DNA of 64,000 nt. It comes from Myxococcota bacterium (lineage in GTDB: Bacteria; Myxococcota; Kuafuiibacteriia; Kuafuiibacteriales; Kuafuiibacteriaceae). Under the pieces are notes generated by a model. The model made no database searches. It was not told where the DNA came from and saw only the letters and a program-made list of their open reading frames with translations. Below, piece after piece: positions 47,979 through 60,009 of the stretch (the first letter of the stretch is position 1; the number at the start of each line of letters is the position of its first letter). The stretch covers positions 477,008 through 541,007 of the forward strand of contig JBHJGZ010000004.1 of NCBI GenBank assembly GCA_050331295.1. The letters are read 5' to 3'. A program made the position numbers and the translations under genes.

Positions 47979-48749
47979 TCATTGGGCGCACCGAAACCCG
48001 AGCGTGTCGTCGATCTCGGTGGGCGCTTTGGCGTCCCGGGCTGAGAGGCGCACGCGATGATGTCCGTCCCGATACGAGCCACCACGCACCACCCGTTCTC
48101 GTCCCGACGGGGGACCCTTTGGATGTTGCGACTCCACCCGGGTTCGATAGATCACGGGGTCGAAAATGTCCGCGACCCACTCCGCGGCGTTACCGGCCAT
48201 CTGGCGCACCGAGAACGGACTTTGACCCGCTTCGAACGCATCGACCGGCGCTGTTCTCGTATACGGGTCGCCGGACCGGGTGTTGGCGAGGGCCTCGTCG
48301 AACGCCCCTGGCCAGGGCCATTTTCGGAGATCGACGCCCCGCGCGGCGTATTCCCACTCCGCTTCGGTCGGCAGCCGCTTCCCCACCCATGCACAAAATC
48401 GTTCCGCGTCGTACCAAGAAACGCCAACCACCGGATGGTCCGGCTGCCCGAGGTCCGGATGGTCGAGGTAACGACCTTCGTCGCAAGCCTTCGCCTCGAC
48501 GCATGCGCGGTAGCTTTCATTCGTCACTTCGAAACGGTCGATGGCGAACGTGCTCATCGTCAAAACGTGCTCCGGGTACTCTTCGGGCTCGCCATTCCGG
48601 TCCCCCATCGTGAAGCGACCAGCAGGGATCTGCACCATCGGACCCGATGCCCTCGACGGAGCTGGCGATGGCGCGTCCGGCCGGGCGTGGCGGTAGCATG
48701 CTACGGCCAAGAGGCTCCAGGCCACGGCGTACAATCGTCTGCGTTTCAC
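47979..48749 (-). CDS. Formylglycine-generating-enzyme (SUMF1/FGE-sulfatase) family protein, secreted
   Basis: GTG start giving VKRRRLYAVAWSLLAVACY (signal peptide or lipobox-like). The FGE domain follows: IPAGRFTMGD, HPVVGVSWYDAERFCAWVGKRLPTEAEWEYAARG, GNAAEWV and RVVRGGSYRD. The start overlaps the upstream gene's stop as GTGA. The upstream part of track ORF 47979..49244 is antisense artefact. Confidence 0.8.
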   Translation of the reverse strand: MKRRRLYAVAWSLLAVACYRHARPDAPSPAPSRASGPMVQIPAGRFTMGDRNGEPEEYPEHVLTMSTFAIDRFEVTNESYRACVEAKACDEGRYLDHPDLGQPDHPVVGVSWYDAERFCAWVGKRLPTEAEWEYAARGVDLRKWPWPGAFDEALANTRSGDPYTRTAPVDAFEAGQSPFSVRQMAGNAAEWVADIFDPVIYRTRVESQHPKGPPSGRERVVRGGSYRDGHHRVRLSARDAKAPTEIDDTLGFRCAQ

Positions 48750-50458
48750 GGGTCGGATGCTATGCGGAACAGGCCCTCGACGAAACGCACGTCGATGCCT
48801 CTCGAAGCAAGGGCCGGGAGCTGCTGCCACACCGTCGAAAGGCCCCAGCCCAGCTCTCGCTGGATCGCTTCGGCAGCCCCTCGGGAGATGGACCAATCGC
48901 AAGCCAACTTGTCGAACAAGGCCTGAAGCTCTTCCGGGCGGGAAGCCGCGGTCCGCACCGCCAAGCGTTCGAGATCCTCGGAACCAAAAGGCTTCACGGA
49001 AAACGGTTGGCCCAAAGCGACCCAGCAAACTCCGGTCGCCAACGCCGTTCGCCATCCCCGTTCGTCGATGGCAGCGGGGAGAATGGCGGGGTGGGTGAGC
49101 GCCTCCACGGCTGGGCGAAGACCCATGTACGTTTCGGCTTCGAGCCATCCCTCGACGTGGTCGACAAAGGCCTCCGCCCGGTCGAGATCCCGCATGGACA
49201 AGAGAGGCCTTGATTCGGCCGGAGAAGGACCCGGGCTGGGCCAAGTGAGGACGGCCCCCGCCAGGCTCGGTCGTGGGGCGAGCAAAGCCTTAATGCCTTC
49301 CTCGAACGGCGGCTCCAGACCTCCGGTCCCACCCCAGTCGAACGAACCCGAGCTGCGGAGGCCTTTCAGTCTTCGTCCCGGACTACGGGTTCGACCGAAG
49401 CCGAAACGCACCAGGTCGCGAATCGACCGGGTCTCCAGCCGCCCTGTCGCCTCGCTTTCGCTCCCCAGCCCGAGGTCCAACCAGCCCAGGACCGTCGTCA
49501 CGCATCGACGTACCCCCTCGAAATCGGAAGGTTTGACCCGGTCGATGACCATCAAGGCCTGCACCAGCACCGGGATCTCGGATTCGACCCGAGCTTCGAG
49601 CCGCGGCAAATGTGCCTCGGCGAGGGTCGATGCCCATCTGCCTCGGGTCATGAATTGACTGTAGAGATTGGGAATCGGCCCCCTGCCCGTGTCGTGTGTG
49701 GTCATGTCCCTCTGATCCAGGGTCCCCAGCGGCTCCAGCATCTCGAAGGCTCGTTCCACGGTGGGAAAACCGAGGTCTTCGAGACGAGCGGTGCGAAAAC
49801 GAAACGATGTCTCCTCCAGGTCCGAGAGCAGGTCGGTTTCGGCGGTTCTCAGGACCTGGATGACGGTCTCATGGTCTTCGTGCAGGTAGAGTTCCTCCAC
49901 CAGCCGAACCATCGCCCGACCCTCCTCCTCTAGCCCTTCTTCTTCTTCTCCGGGCTCGTGAGGCCGAACGGCGAGAACGAACCTGCGGTCCGGCGTCTCG
50001 ATGAGTTCGAGGTCGTCACCGGCGTTCGCCAGCCAGTCGGGAAGCTCATGGGCCCGGGTGTCCTCCGACGGCTTCGAGGCGACGTAGAGCCTCCGCGCGA
50101 CGAGTCCAGCCAAAAACTCGACATCGAGGCTGGAAACCACCTCTTGCAAGATTGGCGATCCCGCCTCCCGAAACGCTTCGAGCCAAGACAAGACCTCCGC
50201 GGGCGCCAGCCGATCCCCATCCCAGGACTCCAGGTCGAATAGGGCGGATCGCTGCTCGGGCGTCATCCAACGCAGGAGCGGTGCCGCGCTCTCCGAGCCC
50301 AGCGCTTTCACGGCACCGTACGCATCGAGCTCCGAGAGCTTGGCCACCGCCTGAGGGGTACGCTCGAGCTCTTGGACCGAGGGGACGCCTCGCTGGGCCC
50401 GGCCCACAATGCGATGCCACGGCTCGAGTGGCACGACCTTGCCCTCTTCGTCCGACAT
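48746..50458 (-). CDS. Large hypothetical cytoplasmic protein (571 aa, acidic helical N-half), translationally coupled to the FGE-like gene
   Basis: Continuous ORF from MSDEEGKVVPLEP with no signal peptide and no motif I can place. The Glu-rich segment is HEPGEEEEGLEEEGRAMVRLVEELYLHEDHE. Confidence 0.55.
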   Translation of the reverse strand: MSDEEGKVVPLEPWHRIVGRAQRGVPSVQELERTPQAVAKLSELDAYGAVKALGSESAAPLLRWMTPEQRSALFDLESWDGDRLAPAEVLSWLEAFREAGSPILQEVVSSLDVEFLAGLVARRLYVASKPSEDTRAHELPDWLANAGDDLELIETPDRRFVLAVRPHEPGEEEEGLEEEGRAMVRLVEELYLHEDHETVIQVLRTAETDLLSDLEETSFRFRTARLEDLGFPTVERAFEMLEPLGTLDQRDMTTHDTGRGPIPNLYSQFMTRGRWASTLAEAHLPRLEARVESEIPVLVQALMVIDRVKPSDFEGVRRCVTTVLGWLDLGLGSESEATGRLETRSIRDLVRFGFGRTRSPGRRLKGLRSSGSFDWGGTGGLEPPFEEGIKALLAPRPSLAGAVLTWPSPGPSPAESRPLLSMRDLDRAEAFVDHVEGWLEAETYMGLRPAVEALTHPAILPAAIDERGWRTALATGVCWVALGQPFSVKPFGSEDLERLAVRTAASRPEELQALFDKLACDWSISRGAAEAIQRELGWGLSTVWQQLPALASRGIDVRFVEGLFRIASDP

Positions 50459-50598
50459 TGAAAATTCGAATCTCAAAACGTTGACCACGAGGCAAGCGGA
50501 CGCACGTACGTATCTCGGAGGCGGCGTGGTCTCGCTTGTAGTCGGGGTAAAGGACTTGACTCCCTTAATGAACGGAGCGACTCCATACAAGTCGAGAA

Positions 50599-51231
50599 AT
50601 GCGCGCTACATCCATCTTCAAAAAGACGTTAATGGCTCTTACCGGATTGGCTTGGTTTGGATTCGTGATCGGGCACCTGGGTGGGAACCTCCTTCTTTTC
50701 ACGGGAGAGGAAGCTTTCAACGCGTACGCTCACAAACTCGAGAGCTTGGGGCCGCTGCTTTACGCGGCGGAGATCTTGCTGATTGCACTCCTCGCGACCC
50801 ATGCGTTCACCGGGATCCGGTTGGCCCTCCAAAACCGCGCCGCACGAGGCACGAACAAGTATGCGGTGTCCCAGACCCACGGCCAAGCTTCCTGGGCCTC
50901 CCGAACCATGGCGGTGGCCGGAACCATTCTACTGGTATTTATCATATTACACGTCAACATGTTCAAATACGGGAATAAAGACGGAGATGGTGGGCTTTAT
51001 GGGCTCGTAATGCGGTCTTTTCAAGACCCAATTGTCGTCGGTTTATATATCATGAGCATGCTCGCCTTGGGGCTGCACTTGAGCCACGGATTCGGGAGCG
51101 CTTTTCAAACTTTGGGTGTGGTTCGACCAGACTGGAGAACCCGCCTACGAACCTTCGGCTCGGCATTTGGGTGGCTCTTGGCTTTGGGCTTCATCAGCCT
51201 GCCGGTTTACGCGTTCTTCGCAGGCGCCTGA
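50599..51231 (+). CDS. sdhC: Succinate dehydrogenase / fumarate reductase cytochrome b subunit, b558 (Bacillus-type) family
   Basis: 210 aa with 5 TM helices and conserved His positions (GHLGGN, THAFTG, LHVNMF, HLSHGF). Directly precedes sdhA and sdhB. Confidence 0.8.
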   Translation: MRATSIFKKTLMALTGLAWFGFVIGHLGGNLLLFTGEEAFNAYAHKLESLGPLLYAAEILLIALLATHAFTGIRLALQNRAARGTNKYAVSQTHGQASWASRTMAVAGTILLVFIILHVNMFKYGNKDGDGGLYGLVMRSFQDPIVVGLYIMSMLALGLHLSHGFGSAFQTLGVVRPDWRTRLRTFGSAFGWLLALGFISLPVYAFFAGA

Positions 51232-51240
51232 GGAATTTTC

Positions 51241-53157
<1,917 letters not shown>

Positions 53158-53175
53158 CCAGACAGGAAAACACTC

Positions 53176-53937
53176 ATGCATTTTACATTAAGAGTATGGC
53201 GACAGAGCGGTCCGGAGGACGCCGGTCATTTCCAGACCGTCGAGGCCAAGAACGTATCGACGGATAGCTCGTTCCTCGAAATGATGGACCAGGTCAACAA
53301 TGAGCTCGAGGCGGCCGGAGAAGAGCCCATTGCGTTCGATTCTGATTGTCGGGAAGGCATCTGTGGGACCTGCGGCATGATGATCAACGGACTCCCCCAC
53401 GGCCCGGGGCGTGGCAAGGCAACTTGTCAGCTCTACATGCGCGAGTTCAACGACGGAGAGACGCTGACTCTCGAGCCTTTCCGGGCCAAAGCGTTTCCGG
53501 TAATCAAAGACCTCGTCATCGACCGTTCATCCTTCGACCGCATTCAACAGGTTGGGGGCTACGTCTCGGTCAACACGGGCTCCGCACCGGACGCGAACGC
53601 GATCCCGGTTCCCAAGGAAAAGGCCGATGAGGCCTTTCTCGCCGCCCAATGCATTGGATGTGGCGCATGCGTTGCCACCTGCAAGAACGCCTCGGCGATG
53701 CTCTTTGTGAGTGCCAAGATTGCCCACCTGAATCTTCTCCCTCAGGGGCAGCCCGAGCGATTCCAACGCACCGCTAACATGGTTGCGCAGATGGACAAGG
53801 AAGGCTTTGGCAACTGCACCAACGAATACGAGTGCGAAGCGGCTTGTCCCAAGATGATCAGCGTTTCCAACATCGCACGCATGAATCGAGACCACCTCTG
53901 GTCTCGTATCCGAGGATATAAGGCGGAAACCGTCTGA
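53176..53937 (+). CDS. sdhB: Succinate dehydrogenase / fumarate reductase iron-sulfur subunit
   Basis: 2Fe-2[16 protein letters not shown], 4Fe-4[12 protein letters not shown] and 3Fe-4[13 protein letters not shown]. Confidence 0.95.
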   Translation: MHFTLRVWRQSGPEDAGHFQTVEAKNVSTDSSFLEMMDQVNNELEAAGEEPIAFDSDCREGICGTCGMMINGLPHGPGRGKATCQLYMREFNDGETLTLEPFRAKAFPVIKDLVIDRSSFDRIQQVGGYVSVNTGSAPDANAIPVPKEKADEAFLAAQCIGCGACVATCKNASAMLFVSAKIAHLNLLPQGQPERFQRTANMVAQMDKEGFGNCTNEYECEAACPKMISVSNIARMNRDHLWSRIRGYKAETV

Positions 53938-54145
53938 GGGGTTTAGAGCCCCGACACTCGCCCTACCCGCCGATGCTTTCGGTCTGGCCTTCGACAGGTC
54001 GACGGATGCGCCGAAGCTCACATGGAATGTTGGGAGCGGCCCTTCACTCGCAACCTCGTCTGATCGGCTCGGCCCACTCTTTCCCATCCCACCGGCTTCC
54101 GTTGTTTGACGGCGTTGCTCGACGCGGCTAAGCCACCCTGAACAA

Positions 54146-56476
54146 ATGGACCCCAACACCTCCGAGGTTCTTCTGAGCGAAGAGGCCCAGCGCCTCTACA
54201 TGAATTACGCCCTCAGCGTCATTACCAGCCGAGCGATCCCGGATGTCCGAGATGGGCTCAAGCCGGTCCAGCGCCGGATTCTGTACGCCATGCAGAGTGA
54301 GCTCCGAGTCCTTCCGGATGCGAAACCCGCCAAGTGCGCCCGCATCGTGGGTGATGTCATCGGTAAGTATCATCCTCACGGGGAGAGCGCCGTGTACGAC
54401 GCGCTGGTCAGGATGACCCAAGACTGGGTCATGCGGGCTCCTCTCGTCACGGGCCAGGGGAACTTCGGCAATGTTGACGGCGATCCTCCGGCCGCCTACC
54501 GCTACACGGAAGCCAAGCTCGCTCCCATCACCATGGAGCTCCTTGCGGAGCTCGACAAGAAGACCGTTGCCTTCCGTCCAACCTTCGATAACGAGCGTTC
54601 CGAGCCGACGGTTCTCCCGGCTCGATTCCCGAATCTCTTGGTGAATGGCTCCCAGGGCATCGCCGTCGGCATGGCGACCAGCGTTCCTCCACACAATCTC
54701 GGTGAGGTCCTCGACGCTTGCGTTGCTCTGATTCAGGACCGAGAACTGTCGAACGCTCAGCTCCTCAAATTCGTGAAGGGTCCCGATTTTCCCACCGGCG
54801 GCGAACTGATCACCGACCGCAGGGCGTTGCGTCAAGTCTATGAGGCCGGAAACGGAACCCTCGCCGTGCGTGCAACCTACACCGTAGAAAGAGAGCGAAA
54901 TCAGGAGCGGATCGTCATTACTTCGGTCCCGTACGGTGTCCTGAAATCAGCGCTTCAAACCAAGATCGCAGACGTCATCATCGGCAAGAAGCTGCCCGGA
55001 CTCTTCGATGTTCGGGACGAGTCGACAGAGGAAATCCGACTGGTTTTGGAACTCAAGAAAGGGACGAGTCCGGAACTGGTCATGGCATATCTCTATAAAC
55101 ATACGCCGCTTCAGACCAATGTATCCGTCAATCTCACTTGCCTCGTCCCCTCCGAGAATCCGCAAGTCCCAACCCCGAAGCGGCTGGACCTTCGGTCCAT
55201 GCTCCTCGAGTTCCTGGCCTTTCGAGCCGAAGTCGTCCAGAACCGTCTCCGCTACGACCACGACCGAGTTCGCGCACGAATCCATATTCTGGAGGGCCTC
55301 GAGCGGGTCTTTGATGCCCTCGACGAAATCCTGGCTCTCATCCGAAAGAGCGACGGTAAGGCGGACGCAGCGAAGAAGCTAATGAAACGGTTCGACCTGG
55401 ATGAAGAGCAGACCGAGGCCATTCTTGGCCTTCGTTTGTACCAATTGGCCCGCCTCGAAATCCTGGTCATCCGGGAAGAACTGGAAGAAAAACGCAAGGA
55501 AGAGACGAAGCTGGCCGCACTTCTGAAGAGCCCGGCGAAGCGCTGGAGTCTCATTGCGAAGGAGATGACGGACCTCAGGTCCCATTACGCCGACCGGCGC
55601 AGAACCAAGATCGTAGGTGGGGCCAAGGATCCCGAATTCTCGGAAACGGACTTCATCGTCGACGAAGACTCCATGGTAATCGTGAGCGCTCGGGGTTGGG
55701 TCAAGCGTCAACAAACAGTCCGTGACCTGGCCGCAACGCGGGTCAAGGAGGGTGACCGGGTCATGTCTTGCCTGGCCGGTTCGACCCGAGCCTCGGCGGC
55801 GTTCTTCACAAATCTCGCCCATTGCTACGTTACTCGAATCGCCGACGTTCCGGCTTCCACCGGGTACGGCGACCCCGTTCAACGGCTGTTCAAGCTGAAC
55901 GACGGAGAAGTCGTGGTTGCAGCTGCTTCATTCGACCCTCGGTGGATCCAATTCCCAGAGGAAGAGGAAGTTTACGAAGATGGAACACCAGCTCCTCCGT
56001 ACGGCGTGGCTGTTACAAAGAAAGGTCTGGCGTTCCGGTTCCCTCTTTGGCCCCACCAGGAACCGTCGACGCGCAGTGGGCGCAAGTTCGGTCGGCTCAA
56101 AGAAGATGATCGGGTTCTCGCGGTCTTTGTTCAGAAGGACGAAGAAGATGGGTTCATCGTTGCGGCCGCCGATGACGGACACGCCATAGCAGTGGATCTG
56201 GAAGAGATTCCCGTGCTGGCCGGCCCGGGTCGCGGCAGCCAACTGATAAAGCTGGACTCCGATGCAAGCCTCATTGCAGCGCTTATCTCGCCAACGGATC
56301 AGGAAGCCCCACTCGAAGTGCGAACCACGAAGGGCAAGAAGGTGCAGCTTTGGGCCTCTGAACTCCGGGCCTCTAGAGCGAGCCGCGGAAGATTGGTCGT
56401 GAAAACGACTGGTTTCGCCGAGGTCGAATGGCCTCTTCCCCAAATTCCGATCCTGGCCGAAGAGGATGAGGATTGA
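54146..56476 (+). CDS. parC: Type IIA DNA topoisomerase subunit A (ParC/GyrA-like; likely topoisomerase IV)
   Basis: [30 protein letters not shown], catalytic region [18 protein letters not shown] and [22 protein letters not shown]. 776 aa, no GyrA-box (QRRGGKG) seen, and it precedes the B subunit. Confidence 0.9.
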   Translation: MDPNTSEVLLSEEAQRLYMNYALSVITSRAIPDVRDGLKPVQRRILYAMQSELRVLPDAKPAKCARIVGDVIGKYHPHGESAVYDALVRMTQDWVMRAPLVTGQGNFGNVDGDPPAAYRYTEAKLAPITMELLAELDKKTVAFRPTFDNERSEPTVLPARFPNLLVNGSQGIAVGMATSVPPHNLGEVLDACVALIQDRELSNAQLLKFVKGPDFPTGGELITDRRALRQVYEAGNGTLAVRATYTVERERNQERIVITSVPYGVLKSALQTKIADVIIGKKLPGLFDVRDESTEEIRLVLELKKGTSPELVMAYLYKHTPLQTNVSVNLTCLVPSENPQVPTPKRLDLRSMLLEFLAFRAEVVQNRLRYDHDRVRARIHILEGLERVFDALDEILALIRKSDGKADAAKKLMKRFDLDEEQTEAILGLRLYQLARLEILVIREELEEKRKEETKLAALLKSPAKRWSLIAKEMTDLRSHYADRRRTKIVGGAKDPEFSETDFIVDEDSMVIVSARGWVKRQQTVRDLAATRVKEGDRVMSCLAGSTRASAAFFTNLAHCYVTRIADVPASTGYGDPVQRLFKLNDGEVVVAAASFDPRWIQFPEEEEVYEDGTPAPPYGVAVTKKGLAFRFPLWPHQEPSTRSGRKFGRLKEDDRVLAVFVQKDEEDGFIVAAADDGHAIAVDLEEIPVLAGPGRGSQLIKLDSDASLIAALISPTDQEAPLEVRTTKGKKVQLWASELRASRASRGRLVVKTTGFAEVEWPLPQIPILAEEDED

Positions 56477-58395
56477 ACATGGCCCGCACCAAGCAGAAGG
56501 CCGCATACGACGCGGAAGACATCCAGGTCTTGGAGGGGCTTCAGCCGGTTCGCATGCGCCCCGGCATGTACATCGGCGGTACCGACAGTCACGGATATCA
56601 TCACCTTCTACGGGAGATCCTCGACAACTCCATAGACGAGGTCATCAATGGCCACGCTTCCACCATCACCGTGGAACTGGACGATGACCGCAAGGGGGTC
56701 AGTATCGAAGACGATGGTCGCGGCATTCCTGTTGCAACCATGCGTAAGCTCGGCAAGCCCGCGGTCGAAGTCATCTTGACCACACTCCATGCCGGCGGAA
56801 AGTTTGGAGGCTCCGGTTATGACGTCTCGGGCGGCCTACACGGCGTCGGTTCCTCAGTCGTCAACGCCCTCTCCGAGGAACTCACCGTCGAGATCTGGCG
56901 AGATGGAGGACACTTTCAGCAGACTTTCGCCCAGGGCCTGCCCACCTCGAAGCTGGTCCGACGAGGAACGTCCAAGGAAACGGGGACGTGGATTCATTTT
57001 CGCCCAGACCCGGAGATCTTTGGGGAGAGCGGTCGGTTCGATCCGCGTCGAGTCAAAGAGCTGCTCGAGAGCAAGGCCTTCCTCAATCCTTCCGCCAGCC
57101 TACGCTTCGTGGACCCCGCTTCCGGAGAGGACGAGACATATCACCATCCCGGCGGCCTGAGAGACTTCTTGCCCACCGTACTGCAGGAGGGCGGCCGACA
57201 ATCTGCACAGCCGGAGCCATTCGTGCTCGAAAAGGACGACTATCCACGAACGCAAGCCATATTGACATGGACCGATGGAACCTCCGAGCAGATCCTGAGC
57301 TTCGCGAACGGTGTTCGGACCTCGGACGGCGGCTCGCATGAAACCGGCTTCAAGTCAGCCGTGGTAAGAGCAGTTCGGGCGTACATGACCGCGAAAAAGC
57401 GGTCCCCGAAAGGCCTCACCATCACGGTTGAGGACATTCGCGAAGGGTTGGTGGCCATCCTATCGACGTACGTGCGCGAGCCACAGTTCCAAGGCCAAAC
57501 CAAGGGTCGCCTCAATAACCCCGAAGTAGCCGCTCTGATCGAGAACATGCTGCGACCACCGCTGGAGCAATGGATGCTCGACAACGGAACGGTCGCTGAC
57601 GGGATCGTGGACCGCATCGAGCTAGCGGCCAAGGCACGTGAAGCGTCGCGGGTTGCTGCCCAGCAAGTACAACGGAAGAGCGCAGTCAGCCATCGGTTGA
57701 ATTTGCCGGGCAAGCTGGCCGACTGCTCCAGTACCGACCCCAAGCGATCCGAGCTCTTCATCGTGGAGGGCGAATCTGCAGGGGGCACCGCCAAGATGGC
57801 CAGGAACCGCGAGACGCAGGCGGTCCTGCCCCTCCGGGGCAAGGTGCTCAATACGATGCAGGCCTCATTGTCTAAGGTTTTGGATAACAAAGAGCTCGGC
57901 AATATCGTGTCCGCGCTGGGATGCGGGATCGGTCCGAAGCTGGACCTCTCCAAGTTGCGCTATGACCGAGTGTTTCTGCTCATGGATGCCGACTCGGACG
58001 GGGCCCACATCGCCACGCTTCTGCTGACTTTTTTCGTTCGGCACATGACCGAGTTGGTCCGCGAGGGGCACATCTTCCTTGCCCAACCTCCCCTGTATCG
58101 GCTCGATGCCGCCAAGGAAACCCACTGGGCCCTGGACGACCAGGAACGAGACGCATTGCTCGAGAAACTGCCCAAGAACGTCCGCGTGGGCCGGTTCAAG
58201 GGTTTGGGCGAAATGGATGCCCGCGACCTGAAGGCGACCACCCTCGACCCTACGCGCAGACGCATTGTCCAAGTCGTTCTGGATGACGCGACTTCCGGAA
58301 CGATGGAGGCGCTGATGGGCAAGGACCCCGCTCCCCGCTTCCGCTTCATCATGGACCGAGCAGCCACGGCGGACTCTTCGGAGCTGGACGTCTGA
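56473..58395 (+). CDS. parE: Type IIA DNA topoisomerase subunit B (ParE/GyrB-like)
   Basis: GHKL ATPase [51 protein letters not shown] and PLRGKVLN. Short 640-aa form. 4-nt overlap with subunit A. Confidence 0.9.
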   Translation: MNMARTKQKAAYDAEDIQVLEGLQPVRMRPGMYIGGTDSHGYHHLLREILDNSIDEVINGHASTITVELDDDRKGVSIEDDGRGIPVATMRKLGKPAVEVILTTLHAGGKFGGSGYDVSGGLHGVGSSVVNALSEELTVEIWRDGGHFQQTFAQGLPTSKLVRRGTSKETGTWIHFRPDPEIFGESGRFDPRRVKELLESKAFLNPSASLRFVDPASGEDETYHHPGGLRDFLPTVLQEGGRQSAQPEPFVLEKDDYPRTQAILTWTDGTSEQILSFANGVRTSDGGSHETGFKSAVVRAVRAYMTAKKRSPKGLTITVEDIREGLVAILSTYVREPQFQGQTKGRLNNPEVAALIENMLRPPLEQWMLDNGTVADGIVDRIELAAKAREASRVAAQQVQRKSAVSHRLNLPGKLADCSSTDPKRSELFIVEGESAGGTAKMARNRETQAVLPLRGKVLNTMQASLSKVLDNKELGNIVSALGCGIGPKLDLSKLRYDRVFLLMDADSDGAHIATLLLTFFVRHMTELVREGHIFLAQPPLYRLDAAKETHWALDDQERDALLEKLPKNVRVGRFKGLGEMDARDLKATTLDPTRRRIVQVVLDDATSGTMEALMGKDPAPRFRFIMDRAATADSSELDV

Positions 58396-58543
58396 GACCA
58401 AGGGGGCTGCTTGCCTACATTGATGTGCGGTACGACAACCGCAAGGACACCGGTTTGGGCCGCATTCTTGACAGCGTTTCCGGCCGGCACCATCATCCTC
58501 ACATCAGGTGATGCGCGGAGCACACCCGATTCACTGAGGAATC

Positions 58544-58738
58544 ATGGCCAATACCGACAAGAGGAAGCAGTCACTCTATTTTCCCGAAGAAATGCTCAAA
58601 GAGATCCAGGACGAGGCGAACCGGCAGGACCGGTCCCTTTCTTGGATTGTGCAACAAGCCTGGCGGATCGCAAGAACCGAAATCATGCGGTTTCCGTCCG
58701 TCAACGACGTGCTGGAGTCGGGTAAGAATGACGGCTGA
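58544..58738 (+). CDS. Ribbon-helix-helix (CopG/Arc-like) small protein, paralog 1
   Basis: 64 aa. KQSLYFPEEMLKEIQDEANRQDRSLSWIVQQAWRIA reads as beta-strand, helix, helix. Confidence 0.55.
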   Translation: MANTDKRKQSLYFPEEMLKEIQDEANRQDRSLSWIVQQAWRIARTEIMRFPSVNDVLESGKNDG

Positions 58739-58744
58739 GCGTCA

Positions 58745-58945
58745 ATGAGCGGCGGCGTCAAACAGAGCCTGTATTTTCCCGAGGACATGCTGGCGGAGAT
58801 CCAGCGGGAGGCCCAGAGGCTTGACCGTTCGGTTTCGTGGATCGTCCAGCAAGCCTGGAAAATTGGTCGAGAAGACCTACGAAGAGTTCCTTCGGCAAAC
58901 GACGTGATTCCAGACCGTAAGCCTCCGGGTGACTCGTCCAAATAG
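58745..58945 (+). CDS. Ribbon-helix-helix (CopG/Arc-like) small protein, paralog 2
   Basis: 66 aa. KQSLYFPEDMLAEIQREAQRLDRSVSWIVQQAWKIG. About 70% identical to paralog 1 and 6 nt downstream of it. Confidence 0.55.
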   Translation: MSGGVKQSLYFPEDMLAEIQREAQRLDRSVSWIVQQAWKIGREDLRRVPSANDVIPDRKPPGDSSK

Positions 58946-58956
58946 TCGACGCTGGT

Positions 58957-59790
58957 CTATTTAAGCGAAATTTGGCCGTTCTGCTGGACCGGTAGACTCA
59001 AGTCCGATACCCTCACTACTCCGTCCATTCGGAATCTCAAGACGCCCTTGGTCAACTTTTCCTTCCATCCCCGGCCATAGCTCTGCTCATCGACCGACGT
59101 CACCACCTCGAACTCCTGCACCGCCCCCGGAATGAGACGAACGGCTCTTCCGACGGTACCTTCGGACACCCCTCTTCCGTCCAGCTCGATGGCGTATTCC
59201 ACGGCATCCACCACGACACCGAACGGGTTCTCATTGACCAGACGAAGGTAGAAGGTGACGTCGATCCCTTGCGACTCATAGGTCGCTGCTTGGCTATCGA
59301 AGACCATGAAACGCGGCAGATTCGGGGGGACCAACGAACTGCGCCGTTCGAAGCTCGATTCCGTGCCGTCCCTCAAGCGAATCTTGCCCCGGAGAACCGC
59401 AGGAATCGAGTCCGCCTTCAAGAGTTCGAGATACGAGTCCACGTCCGCGCGGATCGGATAATTTAGACGTTCGTCGAACTCCACGTTGACCGTCTCGCCG
59501 GCCAGAATGGGCCCGACCTGGTTCAGGTGACCACCACGTCTCAGCTGGAGGGGGCCCGCCGACAACAAAACCGCGTAGTCGATGTCCTCGACCGTGACCG
59601 GCACCGTCCTTGGATTGAGGATGGCAAGCTCCACAGCGATGCGCGTGGTCTGCAGATCCAGATTCGTCGGGAGCATCCGTTTGACCGTGACCACGACCGG
59701 GGGCTGGGGTGAACGCGAAGCATTCAATGCGCACGACGCAATCGATGAGGCCAATAACGCCAAGAGTGGAGCGAATGGCCAGGTAGCCAT
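58957..59790 (-). CDS. LEA type 2 / WHy-domain (NDR1/HIN1-like) lipoprotein
   Basis: Signal peptide MATWPFAPLLALLASSIASCAL (lipobox). Two repeats of the LEA14-like beta-sandwich (VTVEDIDYAVLLSAGPL... and VVDAVEYAIELDGRGV...). The track start 59925 adds an Arg/Pro-rich leader. Confidence 0.55.
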   Translation of the reverse strand: MATWPFAPLLALLASSIASCALNASRSPQPPVVVTVKRMLPTNLDLQTTRIAVELAILNPRTVPVTVEDIDYAVLLSAGPLQLRRGGHLNQVGPILAGETVNVEFDERLNYPIRADVDSYLELLKADSIPAVLRGKIRLRDGTESSFERRSSLVPPNLPRFMVFDSQAATYESQGIDVTFYLRLVNENPFGVVVDAVEYAIELDGRGVSEGTVGRAVRLIPGAVQEFEVVTSVDEQSYGRGWKEKLTKGVLRFRMDGVVRVSDLSLPVQQNGQISLK

Positions 59791-60009
59791 GTTCCGAAGG
59801 GACACATTGGGCCCCCAGGGGGCAGCCGGGCGACTTGCGCGAGCTGTTCCAGGCCCGCGAACCGGTCCGTCGCTGGCCGTGAACGGGTCGGGCATCCGGG
59901 TCCGAGGCGTCCGAGGCCCGTCCACGCAACCAGCCTAGCCAGCGGATCCGAACGAGTAAATGGGCGACCTTGACCCCTCGTCGTCCGCTCACTAAGCACG
60001 ACCCGACCC

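Noticed and set aside
48057-49244. Plus ORFs and the upstream 165 codons of minus ORF 47979..49244
   Set aside because: They overlap the 3' end of the 571-aa gene and the FGE gene in other frames. The FGE signal peptide defines the true start at 48749.
53938-54145. Possible terminator hairpin after sdhB (gaggggtttagagcccc)
   Set aside because: The stem is only 4-5 bp, there is no U-tract and the free energy is likely marginal.
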